A stretch of 59,240 nt of DNA, counting the filler, from Fonticula-like sp. SCN 57-25 (taxonomy: Eukaryota): assembly GCA_001724245.1 (NCBI GenBank). It is 8 parts of 8 records of this genome, joined end to end, with 100 filler letters (N's around TTAATTAATTAA, not from the genome) between each part and the next. Parts side by side here need not be neighbours in the genome. Positions count along the whole stretch, not along the records: positions 37,321 to 44,567 come from MEDX01000380.1; positions 44,668 to 51,904 come from MEDX01000381.1; 6 more parts are not named here. One strand, written 5' to 3'. Position 1 is the first letter of the stretch; each line of letters starts with the position of its first letter. This document shows, piece after piece, positions 37,321 through 50,600 of this stretch. The position numbers and the translations under genes were made by a program. Under the pieces are notes generated by a model. It searched no databases, was not told the origin of the DNA, and was given only the letters and a program-made list of their open reading frames with translations.

Positions 37321-40300
37321 CGTCGATATTCAGCAACAGACTGTGCCGGCGAGCAGCGGTGCCGTGCGCGCGCCGAAATTCATTCGCGCCCAAGGCGTCG
37401 CCCCTGCGCCCGGCGGCATGTCCCGCATCATGAACCGGCCCACATCGATGGTCGTCGCGCCCGCCCCCGCCCAGGAAGTCGTCGAGCCTGTTGCTGCCCC
37501 GCCTGCCGCGGCGCCACAGGAGGCCGAGCCCAAGGCCGCGGAAGAGCCCGCGTCGGCCGATAAGAAGGATCGGAGAAGCCGTATCCGCGGCCTTTTCTCC
37601 ACAAAGAGCCGCAGTCGCTCATCCAATGTGCTTGCCGCGCAGTCGGAAGACGCCGCGGCCGCCGGCGACGCGCCGCCAGAAGCACCGCAAGCCGACTCTG
37701 CCTCGGCCAACGCGTCGCGGTCGAGCTCGGAATCGAACCTGAGCCGCGAAAACTCCACGTCGGACGCGACTCGCAAAGCGGCGGTTTCAAACCCGCGCGT
37801 GCCGGTCATCCAGGCGACGTCCTTTCGCGGCCCCACCGCGCCAAAGCTCGCGGACGGCCACACGGCCAACACGCTGCCGTGGATGCAGGCCGTCGAGGAG
37901 AGCAAGCGCGTAGAGGTGTACCAAAGCCTATCGGCCGCTCAGCGGCGCTTCCAGGCCGCGGCTTTTCACCTTGTCAAGACAGAGCAGGACTATGTGACTA
38001 ATTTGATGCGCGCCATTTCGCTGCGCGACAAAATGCGCCACCAGCGCGTGCTCGATGAGAGCACCATCAGCCAAATGTTTGGCAACATTGATGACCTCGC
38101 AAAGCTCTCGCGGTCGCTTCTGACGGCGTTTGATAGGCTGCGCCTCAAGGGACGGTTTGCGCCGCTACACCTTATTGTTAGCGAGGCGTTTACAGAGCAC
38201 CAGTCACAGTTTGCCATCTTTGCAATTTACGCGTGCGAGATTAAAAAGGCGAGGGAATGTTACGAGGCGCAGATGAAGAAGAAGGCTTTCCGAACATTTT
38301 TGCAGGTGCGTTTTTGATATCTTTTTTATTTTTACTCATTTCCCTCAATTTTGCAGGAGCAAGCATCGCAAAAAGACTATGAAAATATGGACTTTTGGGG
38401 CTTGCTTGTTGCGCCCGTTCGCCGCATCCAAGACTACCACATTCAGCTATCGGACCTCTTCAAAGCTGCGAGCCTGGCCCCCTCTGACGGCCGGGACCAC
38501 CCCGACTATGACAACCTCGGCATTGTTTGGTCCATCATGGAGGGCGTCGCGGCCGACATCAACTCGCAGGCGGAATACGTGGCCGTTGTTAATGAGATGA
38601 ACGAGGGACTGAGCGATGTTCAGTTCCTCAAGGCCGACGTGAACCGGCTCGGTCGCTACGTGATCAAGCGCGGCCACGCGACGCTCATTGAAAAGCAAAA
38701 GCAGGCTGGCGCACGCGAGCTTCTCCTGTTTAATGATATGCTTGTCGTGCTCAAGCCTGCGAGCAAGTTTTCCAAGCAGGCGACCGAGCTGATGCGCTTT
38801 GAAAAGGCGTCGCTCGTCGTCAACGACTACCACTCGTACTTTGAGGGCGGGCCGGTCCACACCTCGCAGTCGCGCTACTGGATCGACGTGTTTAACCGGC
38901 AGGCGTCGCCGGACGCCGCGGCGCCCACCGTCTATACATTCGACCTGGAGAGCGAGTGGCAAGAGTGGCTCAACGGTTTTGGAGAGGCCGCCGTCGCCCG
39001 CAATGTGGCGCCTGCTGCACCGCAGTCGGAGACGGTAATTCCGCCGCCGCTTTCTAGTGCAAACTCGTCGCGCTCGTCCGTGTTTGTCGCTCCGCTGCCG
39101 ACGCCAATTGCGCCCCCGGCGGCGATCGAGTGCGAGCCGGCTTCCGCGTCGCCCGCCGCCGCCCCCGCCGCTGTGGCGTCGCCGACGGAGCCGCCGGCCG
39201 CAGACAAGCCCGAGCGGCCCTTGACAATGTCGTTTAGCGAGCGCGAGCGGCAGCTTTTCGCGCACATGTCGCTCGCGTTAAAGTCGCCACGAGAGGGCGG
39301 CCAGGAGCAGCCCGAGGTGGCGGCCGACGCGGCGCAGTGGTCCAACGAGGAGCAGACCAATACAGAAGACGCGGGCGAGGCGATTGCCGACACCTGGGAT
39401 GAGGACTGGGGCAACGAGCAGCACTATGACGATCAGCAGTACGACCAGGAGCAACACGAGCACGAGGATTATCATCAAGAGCACGAAGAGCAGCCGGAAG
39501 TGCAGCCGGAAGTGCAGCCGGAGCCGCAGCAAGAGGTTCGTCCGACTGCGCCACAGCAGCGGCCGCCGCCTCCGATTCCATCGTCGTCGTCGCGTCTGTC
39601 CGTATATTTGTCGAATCCGCAGCCGCCGCCTCCGATCCCGAGCTCCGCTTCCAAACCGGCCGGCCTTTCGATCCCCCCTCCGATCCCGCCAAGCCCCTCC
39701 AAGGCGTCACAGCCGCCGACGCCGCCGTCGTCCGCGCCGCTGTCGGCCAGCAGCTCGCAGCATTCGCTTAATGAGCTTGAGCGCACGCCGTCGGTGGCGC
39801 GCCGCCCGCCGCCGATCCCGGCAAAGTCGAGCAACATTGTCGTTCCGCCGCCGATCCCGGCAAAGTCGAGCAACATTGTCGTTCCGCCGTCGACCGCGCC
39901 GGCGCAGCCCGCCGCCCCGGACGCCGAGACAAAGAGCAACTTTAACGCGGCGCTGTCAAAGTATCTCGAGTCGCAGAGCGCCAAGGCGGCGGCCGCGGCG
40001 GCGCAGAGCGGTCCCCCGCCGATCCCGCCGGTCCCCATGTCGCGGTCAAAGAGCCAGGCGAGCATTGGAAGCGCGTCGGCAGCGTCGGACGACGAGGTCG
40101 CGGCGTCGCAAGTGCAGGCGCAGCAGAGCCTTGCTGCTGCCGCCGCCGCCGCCGTCACCACTCGCGCCCAATCTCAAGATGTCCCGCCGGCTGCTGCCGT
40201 TGTAGCTCCCGCTGCTTCATTTGCTGAATCTCCTGTCGCTGTTGCTCCTGCAGCCACTTTTGCACCTTCAGTGGCTCCTGCTGCCGTTTCCTCGCCCGTT

Positions 40301-40954
40301 CCCGTTGCGTCGCCCGTTCCAGTTGCGTCGCCGGCGCCTGTGGCGGCCAATGGCGCGATGAACATGAACAGCGACAAGAACGCGGCAATGTTCATGCCGC
40401 AGTTTATGATGCCGTTCTTTATGCCGCAGATGATGGCTCAGATGGCTCAGATGGCGCAGATGGCGCAGGGCTCCGCCTCGCCCGGGCAAGATCAGCAGCA
40501 GCAGCAGCAGATGGGCATGCCGTTCTACATGACGCCGCAGCAGCAGATGATGGCGTACCAGGCGATGATGGCCAGCATGGGTATGGCGCAGGGAATGCCT
40601 CAGGGTATGCAGGGTATGCAGGGTATGCCTCAAGGTATGCCCCAGGGAATGCCTCAAGGTATGCCTCAAGGTATGCCTAATATGGGTATGCCTCAAGGAA
40701 TGCAGGGTATGCCGCAGGGTATGCCTCAGGGAATGCCCAACATGGGAGTGCCCAATATGGGTATGCAGAATATGCAAGGCATGATGATGATGCCTGGTGT
40801 GATGCCCGGTATGATGCCCGGTATGATGCCCGGTATGATGCCTGGGATGATGCCGGGGATGATGCCGCCCCAGCAACAGGGCGAGAATGCGCCGGCGTCG
40901 GGTTCGAGTGAGGCGCCGTCGGAAGTGCAGCCGTCCCCGCCGCACGCTGGATAG
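37321..40954 (+). CDS. Dbl-family RhoGEF (DH-PH) with Pro-rich and Met/Gln-rich tail; 5' partial, 1 intron
   Basis: LVKTEQDYV, MFGNI, LLVAPVRRIQDY, HPDY, PH motif RELLLFNDMLVV. Confidence 0.85.
39806..39883 (+). repeat. Perfect 39-nt tandem duplication (PPPIPAKSSNIVV x2)
   Basis: Two identical 39-nt units. Confidence 0.9.
40579..40866 (+). repeat. Coding tandem repeats GMPQ and GMMP (12-nt units)
   Basis: ggtatgcctcaa and ggtatgatgccc arrays. Confidence 0.9.
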
Positions 40955-41235
40955 ACCCAGGACGACTGTGTCGCCTTTTTGTACCGTAGAACGCGCGAGA
41001 TTTTCTCCAGTTTTTGTAGTTTACTCTGATGCCGGCCTTTTGTGGTGATGTGTCTGCCGCATAGAGGAGAGTATGTAGTCTTTTGATCGAACCGCCCCCG
41101 TTTATTATCATGTCATTACAATGTCTCTATTGTCTAGATGCGCTATATGCGTCCAATTATTGAATAGTACCAGGGTATATTTACCCAAAGCAGCCCTTTT
41201 GTTTTATCCATTCCAATATTCGATCAAACCATATA

Positions 41236-41247
41236 AGTGACGTCACT
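41236..41247. promoter_or_regulatory. CRE/bZIP palindrome AGTGACGTCACT upstream of EFL1
   Basis: Perfect TGACGTCA about 50 nt before the ATG, followed by a second GACGTCA. Confidence 0.45.
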
Positions 41248-41295
41248 GCCGACGTCATCGGCTTGATTGATTCGTGACGCAATCACCGTGGAGGG

Positions 41296-44200
41296 ATGCC
41301 GCCGGTCACCAAGTCGCAGATTGCGGAGCTGCAGAAGCGGCCGGAAAGCATCCGGAACATATGCATTCTCGCTCACATTGACCACGGTATGACTCTTATT
41401 TGTGCCGTATTGTCTGCTGTCCTGTGCGGTGCTAACATGTCGCTGAATAGGCAAGACGACCTTGTCTGACAGCCTGCTTGCATCCAATGGCATCATTTCG
41501 ACGCGGTTGGCGGGCAAGGTGCGCTTCCTCGACAGTCGCCCGGACGAGCAGGAAAAGGGTATCACAATGGAAGCGAGCGCAATTTCTCTCTATTTCAATG
41601 TTGTTTCGCCCTCGTCTTCGCGCGACTACCTAGTCAACCTGATCGATTCGCCCGGACACGTGGACTTTAACAGCGAGGTGTCGACTGCCGTGCGACTCTG
41701 CGACGGCGCGCTCGTCCTCGTCGATGTCGTAGAAGGTGTCAGCACGCAGACACTGACCGTCCTCCGGCAGGCGTGGGTCGAGAATGTCCGCCCGTGCCTT
41801 GTCCTCAACAAGATTGACCGCCTCATCACGGATCTTCAGCTGACACCGATGGAGGCTCACCAGCATCTCCAGCATCTCGTCGAGCAGGTGAATGCCGTCA
41901 TGGGAATGCTTTTCCGCGGCGACCTCTTTGAGGGCGACTCTGAAGTGGCGGCTGCCGCGACGGGGGCGGCCGAGGGCGACAATGCGACGCCGCTCGAGGA
42001 GCGCGTCTTTGACTGGAACCTCGAGGACAAGGACGACTCGCAGATCTACTTTGCGCCTGAGCGCGGGAACGTTGTTTTTGCGAGCGCAATGGACGGGTGG
42101 GCGTTTAGCGTCGACCAGTTTGCCGCAATGTACGCCGATAGGCTCGGCATGAACGAGGCCATGCTGCGCAAGACACTGTGGGGAGAGTACTACCTCGACG
42201 CAAAGAACAAGCGCGTCGTCGGATACGAGGCGGGAAAGAAGAGACTCAAGCCGATGTTTGTGCAGTTTGTGCTTGAGAACCTGTGGGCCGTCTATGACGC
42301 AGTCCACATCAATCAGTACGCGCCGGGTGGAATGGGGTGATAAGCCGTGTGTGTGGAAGACTGTGGGATTTGGACAAGAGACACACGGGTGGTTTATGTA
42401 TATAAATGATGATACACGTTTGTACTATATTCGTAGACATGTTCGCTTTTGCTGACCTTATACTCGCAGCGACTTTGCCCGCATTGAAAAGATTGTCGCC
42501 ACGCTTCGCCTCAAGGTCCAGCCTCGCGAGCTAAAGTCCAAGGACACGCGCGGCCTCGTGCAGACCCTCATGAGCCAGTGGCTCCCCCTTGCCCGCGCCG
42601 TCCTCTGTGCGCTCCCCCCAATGCCCACTTTCCTTCCTAACCCCTCTTTAGTGATGGTCGTGAGGAGCCTGCCGAGCCCCGTCGAGGCGCAAAAGACGCG
42701 CGCGACGACCATCATTCACGGCAGCGCCGCCGAAGCGGTCGCCCGCCGCGCCGACCAATCCGAGGAGACCAAGGCGATTGAGACGGCCGTGTCCGAGTGC
42801 CGCGACGCCGCCGACACGCCAACGGTCGTCTTTATCGCAAAGATGACGGCGGTCCCGCGCGACGCACTTCCCGACAACCGCCGCGTGCAGCTGTCGGCCG
42901 AGGAGCTTCGCGAGCGCCGCCGCAAGCAGCTGCAGGAGCAGGCCGAGCGGCAGCAGGCGGGCGAGCAGGTCGCCCTCGACGCGCCGCCGCCCACCGACGC
43001 GCCCGCTGCCGACGTTGCTGCCGAGGTCACCACTGACGCTGTTTCTGCCGGCAAGGCGGCTGCAAATGGCGACATTTTCGTTGGCTTTGGTCGCGTTTTC
43101 AGCGGTACTGTCCGCGCCGGCCAGACAATTTACGTGCTCGGCCCCAAGTACGACCCGCGCGACCCCACCGCTCACGCGACGCCCGTTACGATTGAGCGCG
43201 TCTTTCTGATCATGGGCCGCGACCTGACGGACCTTGAAGAAGCGCACGCGGGCAGCATTGTCGCCATCAGCGGCATCAGCGACCACGTCCTGAAGTCGGG
43301 CACGCTGAGCTCGTCGCTCGCGTGCCCGAGCTTTTGCAAGCTGCACCTCAATGTGGCGCCGATTGTGCGCGTGGCGGTGGAGCCGGCGGTGCCGAGCCAG
43401 ATGTCGCGGCTCGTGGACGGGCTGCGGCTGCTCAGCCAGGCGGACCCGAGCGTCGAGGTGTACGTGCAGGACAGCGGCGAGCACATTCTCGCCACGACCG
43501 GCGAGCTGCACCTCGAGAGGTGCATGACCGACTTGAGGGAGCGGTTCGCGCAGATTGAGATTGAGCACTCGGAGCCGATCGTGCCGTTCAGGGAGGCCAT
43601 CGCGGGAAAGAGCCACAACAACGACTATTATGGGCTGGGCGAGAGCGGCGCGCCGGTCGACGAGAGGCCGTGCAACGTTGTCATTGTCACGCCCAGGGGG
43701 GCCAATGTGACCATCACGCTAAAGGTCGTGCCGCTGCCCGAGCCAATCACAACGTTCCTCTTGTCTCACGCGCAGGCAATCAAGGCAGTGACGGACGGCG
43801 TTGCAGGTGCGCGCGGAGATAAAGGGAAAAGTGGACAAAGTGGGGTGAACGATCGTATTGTTATATTCATCTTGTGCATTGTGATTTTTTTTTATGCGTG
43901 CTGCACAGCATGTATATTTTCTTGATTATATGTTGTGTAGTTTTTTATGTATGACTTGCATAGGCTGCTTTTTAATGATTGCTGACCTGTTTTTCTGCTT
44001 TTCTGCAGAGGCGTCGACCGTCTCTGACGTTGTCTCTGGCCTCGAGAGCGCCTTTAACGAGTGCAGCGGAGCGTGGCCGCGCCAGTTTTCGCGCCTGTGG
44101 AGTCTCGGCCCGAAGCGCGTCGGCCCCAACGTCCTCCTGAGCCACGTCGCCGGCCACGATGTCCAGTGCGCCTCCACCTCCCCTCGCCTTTCTTCCTCTT

Positions 44201-44567
44201 ACCCTTGTTCAGGTGGCTTCGCCAGCCGGGCGGCGGCAAGTCGAGCGCGCCGTCCGACGAAACCGCGTCCGGCGGCGCACTGGACGCGCGCATTGAGAGC
44301 GCCATTTTGAGCGCGTTTTTGATGGCGACGAATGCCGGGCCGATGTGCGAGGAGCCGATGCAGGGCGTGGCGGTGGTCATTGAGAGCGTGCAGGAGGCGG
44401 CGGGCGAGGCGGCGGCGGCGGGCGTGCCGTCGGGGATGGTGTCGGGGCAGGTGATGGCGGCGGTGCGAGAGGGGATCCGCGACGCGTTCATGGCGTGCTC
44501 GACGCGCGTCATGCTCGCGGTGTACTCGTGTGTCATCCAGGCGACGGGTGCGTCGGCGGAAAAGTGG
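41296..44567 (+). CDS. EFL1: Elongation factor-like GTPase 1 (Ria1); at least 5 introns, 3' partial
   Basis: [67 protein letters not shown]. Confidence 0.95.
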
Positions 44568-44667
44568 NNNNNNNNNNNNNNNNNNNNNNNNNNNNNNNNN
44601 NNNNNNNNNNNTTAATTAATTAANNNNNNNNNNNNNNNNNNNNNNNNNNNNNNNNNNNNNNNNNNNN

Positions 44668-47600
44668 ACGGCGCCCGTCATGGCAGAGAGCTTGGACTCG
44701 AGCTCCTTGACGTTCTTCTTCTCGGCCTCGAGGCGAGCGTTGAGGCGCTCGTTCTCGCGGGCGAGCGTGTCGGCGCGGTCCTTGAACGAGTGCGCCTGGC
44801 GCTCGGCCTTGCTGTTGGACACGCGGGCCTCGGCCTCGCGGAGCTCGCCGCTGGCGACAGCGTTGCGGAGCTCCTTGATGCGGCGCTCGAGGCGGGCGAC
44901 GGCCTCGTCGGCGGCGGCCTTCTCGCGAGAGATCTCGTCGGCCTTGGCGCGGATCTCGGCGGCGGCGCGCTCGGCGGCGCGCTTCTCCTTGACGGCCTCG
45001 GCGCGGGCGGCCGACTCGGTGCGGATGCGCGACTCGGTCTCCTCAATCTTGGCCTCGAGGCGCATGATGGTGCGCTGCGGGCCGGCGGCCTTGCCAGACT
45101 CGGCGTCGGCGAGCTTGTCCTTGAGGTCGCGGACCTCGCGCTCGAGGGCGCCCTTGGCGTTCTCAAGCTCGGCGCTGATCTCGGTCTCCTTGCGGATGTC
45201 CTCGTGGGCCTGCTCGAGAAGGCGGTCGAGCTCGGCGACGCGGCGCGTCGAGAGCTCCTTGGCCTCGGCCTGCTCCTCAATCTCCTCCTCGAGGCGAGCA
45301 AGGTCGGCAGTGAGCGACTCGACGCGCTCGGCGGCGGCAGAGCGAGCGGCCTCGGCGGTGGCGAGCTGGTCCTTGGTGTCCTGGAGCTCGCCCTCGGCGG
45401 TCGTGCGGGCGGCGCGCGACTCGGCGGCCTCGGAAATGGCGGCCTCGGCAGCCTCCTTGGCGGCAACGAGCTCGACGGCAGCGGCGCGCTGCTTGGTCTC
45501 GGCCTCGCCCTCGGCGGCGACGGCGGCCTCGGTGGCGCTCTGGGCCTCGGCAAGGCGCTCGGTGAGGCGGGCAACAGCGGCCTCGCGCTCGACGGCCTCG
45601 CGGGCGGCGCGCTCGCCGACGGCGGTGAGGTCGGCGACATCGCCCTCGAGGGCGTTGTTGGCCTCGCGGAGCTCCTCGAGGCGCGCATCGCGCTCGGCAA
45701 TGACGTTCTTGAGCTCGCCGAGCTCCTTGGCGTGGCGGGCACGCGAGTCGGCCAGGGCAGCCTCCTTGTCGGCAACATCGCCCTCAAGCTGCACGCGCAG
45801 GGCCTCCAGGGCATCGCGCTGAGTGCGGCGGAACGAGCGAAGCTCGGCAAGCTCGTCGGCCTGCGACTCGAGGCGCTCCTTGAGCGTCTCGGCCTCGGCA
45901 AGAGCCTCGCGGAGCTCGGCACCAACGCGGGCCTTCTCGCGCGTCTCCTGGGCAGCGGCAAAGTTGGCGGTCTCGACCTCGGCGCGGAGGGCAGCGACCT
46001 CCTTCTCGGCCTGGACGCGCTCGACCTCGAGGGCCTCGATGCGGGCACGGAGGGCCTCGGCAACACCGGCGGCCTTCTGGAGCGAGCGCTCCTGCTCGCC
46101 GCGGCTGAACTGCTCGGCGTCAAGACGGCCGCGCAGCTCGCGGGACTCGGCAACAGCCTTCTTGCGCTCGTTGAGGGCGGCAAGCTTGGCGGCGGTCTCG
46201 TCGGCCAGGCGCTTGTTGGCGTCGGCAAGGGCCTCGACGGCAAGGTCGCGGGCGCGGACAACGGCAGCGTGGTCGCGGGCGCGCTCCTCGAGCTGGGCGT
46301 TCAGCTCGGTGACGGTGCGCTCCGACGCGCGGCGGGCCTCCTCGAGGCGGGCAACCTTGACCGAAGCCTCGGCCTCGGCGCGCTTCTCGGCGAGCGCAAT
46401 GGCGGCACCGTGGCCGCGGGCGGCAACCTCGAGCTCCTCGCGGCGCTCCGACTCCTCGGCAACGCGGTCGGCAAGGCGGCGGGCCTCGGCCTCGACATCG
46501 CGCTTGGCAGCGGCCATCTGGGCACGGGCGTTCTCGGCAAACTCGGCGGCCTCGCGAAGGGCAGCAACCTCGGTCTCGGCGGCCTTGCGAGCGCGGTTGG
46601 CGCGCTCAGCCTCAGACTCGGCGGCGGCGTTGGCCTCGGTGAGCTCGGCGGCACGGCGCTCGGCGCGCTTGAGGAGCTCGGCAAGCTTGTTCTTCTGCGA
46701 GCGCTCGCGGTCAACGTCCTCGGTGAGCTCGCGGAGCTGAACCTCAGCCTTCTTGCGGAAGCGGAGCTGCTCGGCGCGGAGGCGGGCGTCGCCCTCAAGC
46801 TGAGCCTCAAACTCGGCAAGGCGGGCCTCGACCTCGCGGCGGCCAGCAACAGCGGCGGCGCGGGCGCGCGACTCCTCCTCGTGGCGATCGCGGGCAGCGG
46901 CAAGAGCACGCTCAAACTCGCGGCGGGCCTCGCTGAGCTCCTCCGAGCTCTGCTGCGAGTCGCGGGCAAGCTTGTCGCGGAGCTCGCTAAGCTGGCGCTC
47001 GGCGCGGAGCTTCGAGTCCTCGAGCTGGGCAACAATACCCTCCAGCTCGGTCTCGCGGGCGCGCTGCTTCTCGAGCTGAGCCTCAAGGCGCTTGGTCGCC
47101 TTGGCGGCATCGGCGAGCGAACGGCCACCGACACCAGCCTCCTCGACGAGAGCGGCAAGCTGAGCCTCGGCAGAGTTCTTGCCACGGCGGGCAGTCTCGG
47201 CCTCGCTGCGGGCGCGCTCGGTGGCGGCCTCGGCATCGGCAAGCTGGTCGCGGAGGCTGCGGCGCTCACGCTCGCTACCCTCGAGGTTGCGGACAGCGTC
47301 GGCAAGCTTGGCCTGCTGGGCAGCAAGCTCGGCCTCGGCACGGCGGCGGTGCTTCTCGGCCTCGGCGAGCGAGCGGCGCTCGGTCTCGAGGGCATCGACA
47401 GACTGGTCGAGCTGGTGCTTGAGGCCAGTGCGGGCGCGCTCGAGCTCCTCGACGGAGCGGTTGAGCGCGTCGACAGCCTGCTTGGTCTCCTCAAGCTGGC
47501 CACGGAGCTGACGGCGCTCAGCGGCGCTCGAGGCGGCAGCGGCCTCAGCGGCAACGCGAGCGGCGGCGCTCAGCTCATTGCCGTCAACACCCTCCTTGCC

Positions 47601-50600
47601 GCGGAGAGCGGCGAGCTGGGCGTCGAGCTGCTTGCGGGCATCCTCCTCCTCCTCGAGGCGGTCGCGGAGCTCGTCAAGCTCAGTCTCAATGGTCTTCTTG
47701 GAGCGCTCAAGGGTAGCCTTGGAGCGGTTCGCCTCCTCGTTCTTGGCGCGGGCCTCCTCGAGCTCAGCCTCAAGAGCGCGGCGCTGGGCAGCAAGCTGCT
47801 CGCGAGCGTTGTCGGCCTCGCTGGCGCGGGCAACAGTGGCCTCGAGCTGGGTCTGGAGGGAGCGGCGGAGCTCCTCGGCCTGGCGGCGAGCGAGAGCCTC
47901 GTTCTCAAGCTGGGCAAGAGCCTCCTTGAGGTCGTTGGCGGTCTTCTTGCTGGCACGCTCGGCGGCAAGGCGAGCCTTCTCGGCGGCATCGAGGCCAGCC
48001 GAAGTATCCTCGCTGTTGGCAACAGCAGACTCGGCATCCTTCTTGGCGCGCTGCAGCTGGGCCTGAAGGGCATCGAGCTGCTCCTGGAGGCGGGCAGCCT
48101 CGGCGCGGAGACGCTTCTTCTCAGTCTCGGCAGCGGCTTCGGCGGCCTCGCGGTCACGCTGGGCACGGGAACGGATCTCCTCAATCTCAGAGTCCTTGGC
48201 GCGGCGGGTCTGCTCAATGGCGGCCTGGCGGTCGGCATCATCATCAACGGCCTCCTTGAGGGTCTCAACCTCGCGCTCGAGCTTCTTGCGGGTGGCCTCG
48301 AGCGTAGCAAGGCGCTTGCGCTCGGAAATGAGCTCAGAGTCCTTGCTGTCAGCCTCGTCGCGGGCAGCCTTGAGCTGCTTCTCGATGGCGAGGCGGCGGG
48401 CCTCCTCCTCGGCAAGGAGGGACTGGGCACGGGTGAGCTCGACATCCTTGCGGGTAACAGTCTCGGCAAGGGTGGAGCGCTCGGCCTGCACACCGGTGAG
48501 CTGGTCGCGGGACTTCTTGAGCTCCTCCTCGACCTTGCGGCGGGCCTTGTCGAGATCGCGGCGCGAATCCGCGTCGGTATCCGCGCGTTCGTTAAGCTCC
48601 ACAATCTCGGCCTCGAGCTGGCTCTTGGACTTTTCAAGGGCAGCCTTGGCCTTCTTGGCAGCCTCAATCTCGGTGGAGAGCTCGCTGATGCGGGCGTCGG
48701 CAGCGCGCTTCTGGTTCAGCATCTCGTTGGCGGACGAGCCCTCAGCCTGGAGGGTGCGCTGGAGATCCTCAACGGTGCGCATCTGCTCCTTGATCTTGGC
48801 CTCGTTCTGGGCAATGACTTCCTTGTCATCCTCGACCTGCTCGCGGGCATCCTTGAGCATGGCGTCGAGCTTGCGCTTCTCGTTCTCGAGGCGCTCGCGG
48901 GCGTCAGACTCGTCGGCGAGGCGGTTCTCGAGCTCCTCGCGCTCAGACTCGAGGCGGCTGCGGGTCTCCTCGAGGGCGGTGAGCTTGCCGACAGTGTCGT
49001 CGTACATGAACTTGGCCTGCTCGAGCTCCTTCTGGAGATCCTCGAGGGTGCGCTGAAGGGTGTCCGCGCGCGTCTCGGCGGCGGTGCGGAGCTCAGTCTC
49101 CTCGGCAAGGCGGCGCTCGAGCTCCGAAATGCGGTCGCGCAGGGCGCGCTCCTCCTCCTGCTGACGGTGGACGTCGAGGAGGGGGCGGACCTGGCGGAGA
49201 AGCTTCCACCAGGGCCACTGGTAGAGCTCAATGAAGACGCGAACGTTGCGCTGGATAACGCGGATAGCATCCTCCTGGCCAAACATGCGGCGGTACGACT
49301 TGCGGGCAAGGTAGCCACGGGCCGAGGCCTGGAAGCCAGAGATAACGGCCGAAAGCTTGGCATCGCGGCGGTCCTCAAGCTCGGCAACGACGCCGGCCTT
49401 GAAGAAGACCTTGGTGTGACCAATGCGGTGCGACTCCTTCGGGACGTTGAGGGCGCCGATGAGCGTCTCGGCGGCGACACGGCTGTCCATGAAGCCCTTC
49501 GGGATCGCGTTGGCGGCGAGAATCTCGTAGCGCTGGCGGAACTCGGCAAAGACGAGGCGGTTGGGGAAACCCATGCGCACGATACGGATACCCTCAAGCA
49601 CACCGTTGCAGCGGAGCTGGTCGAGAACGAGGGCAGCATCAATGATGCCGGGGCGCTTGGTCTCGTTGGGAATGATGCAACGCACAAAGTGGGGGTGCGT
49701 GTTGGTGAGCGTAGTCATGAGCGCGTTGAGCGAGACGCGGTGACGCTGCGACACGGACACAAAGGTGCCGGCCTTCTGGCGCTTGCGGATGGTCGACGGG
49801 GCATCGCCGCTGCTGGGCGCCGAGCCGCTGCTGCCGGTGGGGCCCATGAGGCCGTCCTCCTCAGCCTGGGCGGCCGAATCGGCAAAGAGCTCGGCAAGGA
49901 GCGGAACCTGGGAGCGACCAAAGAGCGCGGCAACGTTCTCGTTGATCGGGTCCTTGTTCTTGTCGATCCAGTTGCCAGTGTCGTAGCCGACCTCGCCGGC
50001 ATAGTGGCGGAGCACAAACATCTCGGGGCGGAGCTTGATGCGGTCGTACTTGTCGTTCTTGCCGGCGTGCTGGGCGTGCAGCTTCTCGATGAACGACTTG
50101 TCAGTGGCCTTGGGGAAGAGGCACTCCTCGTCGAGGATGGAGAGGATACCCATCGGCTTCTCGATGAGGTCAATGGTGCCCTGGAGATCGAGACCAAAGT
50201 CGACAAAGTTCCACTCGATGCCTTCGCGGATGTACTCCTCCTGCTCGAGCACGAACATGTGGTGGTTGAAGAACTGCTGGAGCTTCTCGTTGGTCAAGTT
50301 GATGCAGAGCTGCTCAAAGCTGTTGAGCTCGAAAATTTCGAAACCAGCGATATCGAGGGTGCCGATGAAGGTGCTGGCGCGACCGTGGGTCTCGAGGGTG
50401 CGGTTGATGCGCTGGACGATCCAGCGGAAGAGGCGCTCGTAGACGGCCTTGGAGAGAGCCTCAACCGAGTACTCGGCCTTCTGCGCGTTGACCTGAGCAA
50501 CGACGACCTCGCGGCCGGCCTTGACGCGCGGCTTGGTGAGGCAGCGAACAAAGTCGGTGGCCTTGAGGCCGAGGACGTGCGAGACCTTGTCCGACACAAC

